Of a stretch of DNA of 32,000 nt, positions 24,675-32,000 are shown piece after piece. The notes below the pieces were generated by a model, which saw nothing but the letters and a program-made list of their open reading frames with translations, did not search any database and was not told the DNA's origin. A program made the translations under genes and the position numbers. The stretch comes from Caldivirga maquilingensis IC-167 (GTDB lineage: Archaea > Thermoproteota > Thermoprotei > Thermoproteales > Thermocladiaceae): contig NC_009954.1 in assembly GCF_000018305.1 (NCBI RefSeq), forward strand, positions 1,980,001 through 2,012,000. The letters run 5' to 3'. Positions within the stretch are counted from its first letter, which is position 1, and each line of letters opens with the position of its first letter.

Positions 24675-25232
24675 ATGAGGTATTGGTCTATAAGGGATGA
24701 GGATGTGATTGATTTAGTTAAGAGGAGGTATAACGTAACCATTAGCGCTGACCAGATAGCTAAGGCTAGGGGCTTTGAGTTTAGGATTAGTTGGAAGAAG
24801 GCTATTGAAACCGCCAGGGCCATTAGGTTCCTTACAATTAAGCAGGCTGAGGACTACATGGAGAAGGTTAAGGACTTAAAGGCCCCGATACCCATTAAGG
24901 AGTTCACTAGGAAGCAGGCTCACCATAATGTTCCCTGGGATGGTTGGCCAGTGGCTAAGTGGCCTGTTAAGGTAGCTGACTCCTTCCTCCAGGTTTTAAG
25001 AAACCTTGAGAGTAATGCAAGCTACAGGGGTTTAAACATTGATAACACAGTTATAGTTCATGCATCCGCAAGCAGGGGTATGAGGATTAGGAATTACATG
25101 CCCAGGGCCCTTGGTAGGGCTACCCCATGGTTCCAGGACACGGTTAACATTGAGCTTGTGGCTGTTGAATTACCCGCTGAATTAGTTCCCAAGAAGTTCA
25201 GTTGGGCTAGGGTTCTTAAAGCCATTAAATGA
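24675..25232 (+). CDS. rpl22: 50S ribosomal protein uL22
   Basis: ISWKKAIETARAIRFLTIKQAEDYMEKV...WPVKVADSFLQVLRNLESNA...PRALGRATPWFQDTVNIELV aligns with archaeal L22. A TATA-like sequence GCTTAAATATTC lies about 25 nt upstream. Confidence 0.85.
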   Translation: MRYWSIRDEDVIDLVKRRYNVTISADQIAKARGFEFRISWKKAIETARAIRFLTIKQAEDYMEKVKDLKAPIPIKEFTRKQAHHNVPWDGWPVAKWPVKVADSFLQVLRNLESNASYRGLNIDNTVIVHASASRGMRIRNYMPRALGRATPWFQDTVNIELVAVELPAELVPKKFSWARVLKAIK

Positions 25233-25381
25233 ATCAACCCAAAATTCAATTTAAGGAAGGGAATAGGATTAGTGAATCACCTAACCCCTTCCTCACCCTA
25301 ATGAGTAAGGTTTTTAAGGCCAATGAAAAAGAATTATTAATGCAGTATTCAAGCCTGGGTGTAATTTATGGCTTATTAACC

Positions 25382-26086
25382 TTACCTTGCAGTTGCGGCA
25401 ACCCTCTCCATTTCATCCCTCCTCCTGAGGGCGTAACTTGCTGGATCATTATTGGCTGCGGCAATTATCTCATTAGCTAAACACTCCTCTATTGGTCTTG
25501 GGTTATTGAAGGAGCATGCCCTAGCCCCCTCTGCAATCCACCTTATCGCTAAGTCAAGCCTCCTGGTTGGGCCAACATCAACTGAGACTGGGTAGGCTAT
25601 ACCACCGTATATGACCCTTGTAATCTCCTCCCTCGGCGCCACGTTAACCACAGCGTCAACAAATACCTGGACGGGATTCTTACCTGTGGCTACGTATATT
25701 ATGTCGAAGGCCGTCTTAAGTATCTTATATGCCTTCTGCTTCTTCCCAGCATTCCTCCCAGGCTTCATGAGTTGATTCATCATTCTCTCAATTATCGGTA
25801 TCATTGCCTTACCGAACTTCCTATTCTGGTACTTACCCTCAGTGTGGGGTAGTAGCATTGGTTTAAGGCACATGTACCTCCTTAGGCCTGGATCCCTAAT
25901 GACCACGTCATTCACGTTCCATTTACCGAAGAGTAGAATCGGGCTACCGTCAAGGGCCTTAATATCCCTTGGACACTCCTCAATTATCTCTATGCCAGGC
26001 GCCAACTCCTCAACCCTAGTGGTCTTAGATAACTGCTGAGCCACAGTGGGGTTCATGCGTTGGGTTTTTAAAACTCCCGCGGTCAT
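25382..26086 (-). CDS. rps7: 30S ribosomal protein uS7
   Basis: The motifs [18 protein letters not shown]...[17 protein letters not shown]...[18 protein letters not shown]...[11 protein letters not shown] are present. Confidence 0.9.
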   Translation of the reverse strand: MTAGVLKTQRMNPTVAQQLSKTTRVEELAPGIEIIEECPRDIKALDGSPILLFGKWNVNDVVIRDPGLRRYMCLKPMLLPHTEGKYQNRKFGKAMIPIIERMMNQLMKPGRNAGKKQKAYKILKTAFDIIYVATGKNPVQVFVDAVVNVAPREEITRVIYGGIAYPVSVDVGPTRRLDLAIRWIAEGARACSFNNPRPIEECLANEIIAAANNDPASYALRRRDEMERVAATAR

Positions 26087-26170
26087 TAAATTTAATTAAA
26101 TATCTTAAATTCTTAAAATAAATTGTGAAATCCATAGATAGGTTTTTAAACAAACCCTTGAAGGAGGTTT

Positions 26171-27136
26171 GTGAGTAAACTAAAGCTACTACTCATATCA
26201 GATCTCCATGGATCAGAGACAGCCTACAGGAAGTTAGCCAACGCTATTAAGTACTATAAGGTTGATGCAGTTGTGTTCGCAGGAGATCTGGCAGGCAAGG
26301 TCCTAGTACCCGTGATTAAGGTCGGTGACTCATACAGGATACCGTTGATTAATGAGGATAAGTTACTTAAGCCCAGTGAGGCTGAGGGTAAGATTAAGGA
26401 GTTAAGGGGTTCAGGTTACCATGTTAGGATAGTCACTGAGGAGGAGTATGAGAGGATGAGGAATGATAAGGATTACTTAAACAAAGTATTCAATGAAACC
26501 CTAACCAACGACATAGTGGAGTACCTCAACATAATTGATGAAAGGTATAGGCAGCAGGGAATTAAAATGTACATAATACCGGGTAACGATGACCCAGTTG
26601 ATGTGATTAACGGCGTTAATAGTAGGCAGTGGAGTAGTATAATTCCATTCGATGAGAATACCGTTAACCTAAACAGTCATGTGCTAGTTGGCTTAGGGTA
26701 CTCAAACATAACCCCATGGAGAACCCACAGGGAGTTGAGCGAAGAGGAGATGTATGAGAGGTTAAGTAAATTAATGAATAAGCTGGATAAGGGGGAGTAC
26801 TCAAGGACAATATTGGTAGTTCACGTACCACCATATGGTACAGTAATAGACCAAGCACCAATGCTAACCAGCGACTTTAAGGTTGTTAGGAGGGGTGGGG
26901 AGGCTGTTCTAACCCATGTTGGTAGTACGAGCGTTAAGAGGATTATTGAGGAGTATAAACCATTAATGAGCCTGCACGGCCACATCCATGAGTCTGGTGG
27001 TGTTGATGCCATTAAGGTTGATGGAGTTAAGATACCTGTCTTCAACGCCGGCAGTGAATACCAGTATGGTGTACTCAGGGGAATTATAATAAGCATTGAT
27101 GGTAGTAAGGTTAATTACATACCCGTAAGGGGTTAA
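26171..27136 (+). CDS. Calcineurin-like metallophosphoesterase
   Basis: The motifs SDLHGS, FAGDLAGK, IPGNDD, VVHVPPYG and LHGHIHES are present. The start is GTG, preceded by GGAGGT. Confidence 0.85.
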   Translation: MSKLKLLLISDLHGSETAYRKLANAIKYYKVDAVVFAGDLAGKVLVPVIKVGDSYRIPLINEDKLLKPSEAEGKIKELRGSGYHVRIVTEEEYERMRNDKDYLNKVFNETLTNDIVEYLNIIDERYRQQGIKMYIIPGNDDPVDVINGVNSRQWSSIIPFDENTVNLNSHVLVGLGYSNITPWRTHRELSEEEMYERLSKLMNKLDKGEYSRTILVVHVPPYGTVIDQAPMLTSDFKVVRRGGEAVLTHVGSTSVKRIIEEYKPLMSLHGHIHESGGVDAIKVDGVKIPVFNAGSEYQYGVLRGIIISIDGSKVNYIPVRG

Positions 27137-27295
27137 TTTAATCACAGTCATCAACAATGATAATGCCTGGAAGTTAATGGTAGACACATGCATTAAGACT
27201 GGGGGAATTAGATTAATCATTGAAAGATTTAGACGTGCGGGGTAGTGTTTATGCGTTAATAATCATTTATCTAAGGATCTGTGAATATTAGTGAA

Positions 27296-28393
27296 TTAGG
27301 TGGCGACTTTGATTACTGCATACCTGATCATTGGATCCTGAATCATGTAGTAATCACCATTCTTAATTACAAAGCCCATTTTAATCAAGTTATTTAAGTT
27401 CCTAGACAGGGTAGCGTTCGTAGGCCTCCTACCAACCTTAGCTGTTACGTATCTATTCACATCAACCCACCTGGCCCTACCCAGGGTGGCTATGGCCTCC
27501 ATTATATACTTGTAATACTGACTCCTATTGAATAACTCCTCAACCTCGCGCATAACCATCTTGGCACCCATCTCCTTAACCTCATAAATAGCATCAACAC
27601 CCCTATCCAGGTAGAGCTTACCGAAGTAAACAAGCCAACCCACTATGCCGTCCAATTCATCCACAGCCTTGACTATGATTGAGTCATCAACGGATACATT
27701 CAATTCCTTAAACCCACGCTTGAGGAATTCAATGGACTGATCCCTAGTGAAGGGCTTAAGTTCAATACTTAGGTAGTATCTACCGTAAAGCTCCGAGGAT
27801 GGGTCATCCATCCCCAGGAAGTCATGAAGGAGCCCAACCTCACTACCTGTTAGCACCAGTGTTATGTTACTAAGGTGATCGTAAGTATATGCTAGTATTG
27901 ATCTAAGACCAATAGTGGAGTATCTGAGGTACTGGGCTTCATCAAAAACAAGCACAATCCTCCTACCAAGGCTGTTAAGCGCCTCGAGAATACTAGTAAT
28001 AGTACCCCTAATCTCAGCCATGGAAAGTCTAACACCCACCGTACCCAGTGATAGGTTAATGCTGCTCAAGACCCCCCTAACCCTCTCACTAAGGCTCATT
28101 CTACTTAAGGCTATTCTCAACTCCTCGTATAATCTTTCACCTGGTATTTTCTTAGAAACCTCATCAAATAACTTCCTAACATCTATGAATACATAGTCAA
28201 TGCCCATGGAATTTAGTACGGAAAGTATGAGACTAGACTTACCAACCCTTCTTAAACCTAAAACCAGAACAAGCCTTTCATTAATTCCCATCCTAAACCT
28301 TTCAATCTCCATCTCCCTATCAAACAATTCACTAAGCGACGTCTTGGGCTCTGTGCTGAATAACATAGTATCACCCCAGATACTAAGTATCAC
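27296..28393 (-). CDS. Archaeal AAA ATPase (Arch_ATPase + DUF234-type winged-helix C-terminus)
   Basis: Walker A (GLRRVGKSSL) and Walker B (VLVFDEAQ) are present, with the family-typical opening FDREMEIERF. The likely start is the internal ATG at 28366 (MLFSTEP). Confidence 0.8.
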   Translation of the reverse strand: MILSIWGDTMLFSTEPKTSLSELFDREMEIERFRMGINERLVLVLGLRRVGKSSLILSVLNSMGIDYVFIDVRKLFDEVSKKIPGERLYEELRIALSRMSLSERVRGVLSSINLSLGTVGVRLSMAEIRGTITSILEALNSLGRRIVLVFDEAQYLRYSTIGLRSILAYTYDHLSNITLVLTGSEVGLLHDFLGMDDPSSELYGRYYLSIELKPFTRDQSIEFLKRGFKELNVSVDDSIIVKAVDELDGIVGWLVYFGKLYLDRGVDAIYEVKEMGAKMVMREVEELFNRSQYYKYIMEAIATLGRARWVDVNRYVTAKVGRRPTNATLSRNLNNLIKMGFVIKNGDYYMIQDPMIRYAVIKVAT

Positions 28394-28531
28394 CCCCGGT
28401 ACTTAAGCATTTAATGACTGAATTCCCAATGAATCAACAGAGCCACGAATTCAGGCTTCAAACTAGTCATGAAGACGTAAATAGGGAATTAATCTAGTAG
28501 GGGGCAGGATGGAATCGTTGCATTTTTAAGT

Positions 28532-29566
28532 TTACTTAATGGTTATTGTTCTCACTATCATAATTGCGAGCGGTATGTAGAATAATGGAGACGCCACGGC
28601 GCTAATAATCACTGGTACTATTGGTGATGCAGGGTTTGCCGCCTCTATTACTGATGCCGTGTATGCTAGGGCTGTAATAATGTACATTATTGGTGTTATC
28701 CAAGTACTGGTACTCACAGTCTTGTTTAACCTGTTTTGTAACGCCATTGATAATATGACTATTATGATTACTAGTATGAATAATGTCCTCACAATCATGG
28801 AGAGCAGCGTGAAGTAAACTAAGTCACCCACAGCACTTAAGAGTGCTGTGACTAGTATTAGGTAATCATTGATGGTTGGCCTATTCATTAACCTAGGTAA
28901 TATTAATAAAGTTACTACCACTGTCACTGCATAATTTACGTATACGGTAATAGTCTTTAGGTTCACTATCATGTAGGCTATGGTAGCCCCGGGGCCCTTA
29001 TAGGGTGATATTAAAAGCGCTACTATGGGTAATGTGGGTAAGTCTACCCAATCCCCCGGATTCAGTAGTAATGCCAGGAATAATGCCGCAATTAAGTACT
29101 TACTTATCCTATCCCTTATAGGTATTAGGGTTATTAATGCCATTAGTATGAACATTAGTGAATTCACACCCTCACTCAACACACCCACGGCATTGGCAAT
29201 TGGATTATTCACATACCAGTAACCCAACTGAACCTGAGGTACTATTAACAGTAATCCGCTTATTGACCCAAAGAGAACCTCCAGATACACCACATTCATC
29301 ATAGCCTCACTAAGAGTCACCATGATGGATCTACCCCAGGGATTACATGATTTAATAAACACCGATAGCGTGATTAACGGCGCCGTAAGGAGCGCCACCA
29401 GTGGGTTTACGAAGAATAAGGCGGTGGTTATTGAGGAGATGAGGGAGGCGTATATAATGCTGCATAGCCTTTCATTGGAAATCACGAATACGTATAATAC
29501 GGTTACACCCAACTCCAATACTACCACTGATGCTGTTACGATTTGAGGCAGTGGTGTTGAAATCAT
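28532..29566 (-). CDS. Polytopic membrane protein, last gene of the oxidase operon (function unknown)
   Basis: A 344-aa protein with about 9-10 TM segments and no histidine at all, which argues against heme binding. It starts 5 nt after the sulfocyanin-like gene's stop. Confidence 0.65.
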   Translation of the reverse strand: MISTPLPQIVTASVVVLELGVTVLYVFVISNERLCSIIYASLISSITTALFFVNPLVALLTAPLITLSVFIKSCNPWGRSIMVTLSEAMMNVVYLEVLFGSISGLLLIVPQVQLGYWYVNNPIANAVGVLSEGVNSLMFILMALITLIPIRDRISKYLIAALFLALLLNPGDWVDLPTLPIVALLISPYKGPGATIAYMIVNLKTITVYVNYAVTVVVTLLILPRLMNRPTINDYLILVTALLSAVGDLVYFTLLSMIVRTLFILVIIIVILSMALQNRLNKTVSTSTWITPIMYIITALAYTASVIEAANPASPIVPVIISAVASPLFYIPLAIMIVRTITIK

Positions 29567-29571
29567 GATGC

Positions 29572-30369
29572 TTATCCAAGCACAATGAACTTACCGTACA
29601 TTCCTGAGGCAGCGTGACCCGGCACGAAGCAAATGTACCAGTACACGCCTGGTGTTGTGGCATTAAACTCAATAACGTAACCACTAATACTACTTGAGGA
29701 TGCTGGTGTTAAGCCATTAACAAGTATTGATTGAGGCATCTGTGACCCTGGGAATGGTGGTGGATACTGGTCAGGTGTTATGGATGCTGAGTAGGGTGGC
29801 CCCTTGGATACTAAGCCAAAGCTATGCGGCAGGACACTAACATCAAGTACAGTTATCTTAACTGTAGCACCCTTGGGAACCACTATGGTTGGGTTAGTTA
29901 GGTTGAATACCTGGAATGAGAGGTAGTTGCTTGATGGACCAGCCAGAACCAGTATGTAGACTGTTGTTGAGTTAAACACTATAGTGTTATTAGATGATAT
30001 AACCTTAACATTAGGCGGCATGTAGGACTCCAGTTGAGTAACTTGACTCGGGCTTAACGTCACAGGCCCCACTGGGGTTGATTGAAAGAATTGAACGTAA
30101 GGATTAAGTGAAACAGTGGAGGTTGTTGTGCTCGTTGAGGTAACAGTGGTTGTTGAAGTTGTTAAAGTAGTAGTACTCGTAGTAGTGGTTACTGTGGTTG
30201 TTGATGTGCTACTGGATACTGTTACTGCAGTTGACTTATGGGGCATGTAGAGGTAAAGCATGGGTATTAGGCCAACTATCACGGCTACAACAGCCACAAG
30301 TATAATGTAAACCACGGTCCTACTTACACCAGGCCTGGGATTAAACATGATTAACCACCTATACCACAT
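29572..30369 (-). CDS. Membrane-anchored type 1 (blue) copper protein, sulfocyanin-like
   Basis: The protein has an N-terminal TM, a 42-aa Ser/Thr stalk and a cupredoxin domain. The candidate ligands are LPHSFG (His) and CFVPGHAASGM (Cys, His, Met). An alternative start at M8 (30348) would remove the 11-nt overlap with the upstream gene. Confidence 0.8.
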   Translation of the reverse strand: MWYRWLIMFNPRPGVSRTVVYIILVAVVAVIVGLIPMLYLYMPHKSTAVTVSSSTSTTTVTTTTSTTTLTTSTTTVTSTSTTTSTVSLNPYVQFFQSTPVGPVTLSPSQVTQLESYMPPNVKVISSNNTIVFNSTTVYILVLAGPSSNYLSFQVFNLTNPTIVVPKGATVKITVLDVSVLPHSFGLVSKGPPYSASITPDQYPPPFPGSQMPQSILVNGLTPASSSSISGYVIEFNATTPGVYWYICFVPGHAASGMYGKFIVLG

Positions 30370-31108
30370 TCACAGTGAATTGCGAGACCATGGCCCAATG
30401 ACCTGGACCACAGTACTCAAGGCACCTAACTATTATAGGTTCAGGAATATTGAACACATACGTGAACACTGACACGTAATCCGGTGACACCTGGTACTGG
30501 AAGAGTAGGTTACCGTTCTCATCATAGGCGCCGAAGTCATGATTAACATCAACAGAGGTCATGAGGAACACCACTGGCTTCCCAGCTGGAACAGTTAAAT
30601 TACTGGTGAACACTAGGCTACCATTGGGGGCTACTGTGTAGAAATGCCAATACCACTGCCCAGCAATCACCACAACAATCATAATCTTACCCTCATTCTG
30701 TAGAGGTAATAATTGCTGAATATCGCTCTGCAATGTGCTTGTACAGGCATTCTGATAATTACCCGGGGGTACTGTGGGGCATGCTGTCTTAAGGGCACTC
30801 ATATTAACCCCTAGACCAGCCAGTGTGTTGCCGGTTACCACCTGTGGTGTGTATTGGAAGGTTATTACATTAGGTATTATTAATGCTACTATTACTAAAA
30901 CAACCCAAATCTTCTCCAGCCTCTCTATCCTATGCCTATAGGCGGCGTACTCCTCATCACTCATATTCCTCTTAGCATTCCTAGCAACCCACACTATGAA
31001 GAATAGTGAAACTAAGAGTGCCGCAATGAATATACCGGCAATGGTATCTGGACCAAGCCCCACATTACCAGCGTATGTGGGTATAGTCATATCACCGATA
31101 ATCATCAC
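30359..31108 (-). CDS. Heme-copper oxidase subunit II (CuA), SoxH-like
   Basis: The CuA motif is VNHDFG...CLEYCGPGHWAM (H...CxExCxxxHxxM). The protein has two N-terminal TM segments. The likely start is the internal ATG at 31090 (MTIPTY), given a TATA-like element near 31114-31121. Confidence 0.85.
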   Translation of the reverse strand: MMIIGDMTIPTYAGNVGLGPDTIAGIFIAALLVSLFFIVWVARNAKRNMSDEEYAAYRHRIERLEKIWVVLVIVALIIPNVITFQYTPQVVTGNTLAGLGVNMSALKTACPTVPPGNYQNACTSTLQSDIQQLLPLQNEGKIMIVVVIAGQWYWHFYTVAPNGSLVFTSNLTVPAGKPVVFLMTSVDVNHDFGAYDENGNLLFQYQVSPDYVSVFTYVFNIPEPIIVRCLEYCGPGHWAMVSQFTVNVV

Positions 31109-31191
31109 ACTGCTTTAAGCCTTTTCCCGGTTTCCATACTGCAAGTAACAGACGTGTACGTGTTTTTAAGTAGACGCCATTAAATCACGAC

Positions 31192-32000
31192 ATGTCTATG
31201 GGTCAAGAAGTATCCAGCAGTATGGATCCTGAGACTAGGGCAGCTAGAGTATCACTTAAGTACTTATTCACATGGCTCGGTGTATTCCTTGCAGGTGGTT
31301 TACTTGGCTTAACCATGAGGAGTCAGCAAGCTAACTTGGTTAACGTTGGTGACTCAGCCTTCTACACTATGATGACTGTGCATGGTCAATTCATGTTCCT
31401 AGGCCTAGGCACCTTCGGTGCCTTTGGCCTAACCTGGTATGTGTTAGCTAAGGCGCTTAGGAGGGATCTTCACTACAGGTTCATTAACGTTATTTACTGG
31501 CTCCTAGTACTGGGGTTTGCATTAATAGGCATTAGTGGGCTTTACGGGAACTTTGGGGCTGGTTGGTACTTCCTATACCCCCTACCACTCTACTCTGTGC
31601 AAGACCAGTGGACTAATTGGAGTGTTGCAGCCTTCTCACTTGGGGAATTATTACTTGGATTAGCATTAATATTCTACTGTATTGAGGTCATAGCAGTCCT
31701 AGTTCAATGGGGTGGAGGCGGTGTTAGGTCATGGTCCTCCATTAAGAAGGGATTCATGGCTATGGCCAGGGGTATTGGACTTGATGGATTGGGTGTAGTT
31801 AAGGCTAATCCACATAGGCTTGACGCCTCAGTATTCCCATTAATAGCCAACGCCATTGATATGCTGGTTGCCACACCACCATTGGCAGCGCTACTACTGG
31901 TCATGTTCATTGGCTCCACCGTTAACCCTAACTTCGGCATTAACGTGGGGCTTGCCGATAACATGTTTTGGTTCTTCGGCCACCCAATAGTATACCAATT
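31192..32000 (+). CDS. Heme-copper oxidase subunit I, 5' part (runs off the window)
   Basis: This gene is absent from the ORF track because it has no stop in the window. My translation from the ATG at 31192 is MSMGQEVSS...TMMTVHGQFMFLG...GAGWYFLYPLP...NMFWFFGHPIVYQ. It contains the low-spin heme His helix and the WFFGHP(E/I)VY CuB/Tyr motif. A TATA-like GTTTTTAAG lies about 25 nt upstream. Confidence 0.9.
   Translation, partial: MSMGQEVSSSMDPETRAARVSLKYLFTWLGVFLAGGLLGLTMRSQQANLVNVGDSAFYTMMTVHGQFMFLGLGTFGAFGLTWYVLAKALRRDLHYRFINVIYWLLVLGFALIGISGLYGNFGAGWYFLYPLPLYSVQDQWTNWSVAAFSLGELLLGLALIFYCIEVIAVLVQWGGGGVRSWSSIKKGFMAMARGIGLDGLGVVKANPHRLDASVFPLIANAIDMLVATPPLAALLLVMFIGSTVNPNFGINVGLADNMFWFFGHPIVYQ

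Noticed and set aside
25229-25480. 83-aa plus-strand ORF following uL22
   Set aside because: Its last 99 nt (about 40% of the ORF) overlap the conserved C-terminus of uS7 on the opposite strand. It has no recognisable family. It is more likely non-coding convergent intergenic sequence; a 7-bp stem GGAAGGG...CCCTTCC at about 25254-25291 may act in 3' end formation.

Overview
This window looks like chromosomal DNA from an AT-leaning crenarchaeon, most likely a Thermoproteales-type (Caldivirga/Vulcanisaeta-like) organism; that assignment is inferred from gene content and not verified. Coding strands are purine-rich. Many genes have a TATA-like box about 26-28 nt upstream of the start codon, which suggests leaderless mRNAs. 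I support about 38 protein genes. They include two aerobic-respiration modules: a cbsAB-like pair divergent from a Rieske/cytochrome b pair at 5.8-10.5 kb, and a CuA subunit II / sulfocyanin-like protein / membrane protein operon divergent from a heme-copper oxidase subunit I gene at 28.5-32 kb. Central-metabolism genes are present (archaeal-type PEP carboxylase, a DRE-TIM acyl-CoA condensing enzyme, acyl-CoA dehydrogenase, a crotonase-family protein). Four ribosomal protein genes (eS19, uL1, uL22, uS7) are dispersed rather than in operons. There is also an ATP synthase proteolipid, a type IV pilin-like protein, two PD-(D/E)xK-type proteins, an archaeal AAA ATPase, and several orphans. No rRNA, tRNA, CRISPR array or recognisable transposase/integrase was found. 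The stand-out feature lies at 19.4-21.1 kb. Seven copies of a 36-bp unit, arranged as single units plus two 58-bp palindromes, form structured inverted-repeat ends around a two-gene cassette (a tandem AbrB-like protein and a 221-aa orphan) that has an extremely AT-rich divergent promoter region. I cannot assign this layout to any element class I know. One candidate C/D box sRNA and two candidate structured-RNA regions are flagged at low confidence. Most antisense ORFs in the supplied track are rejected as shadows of real genes.
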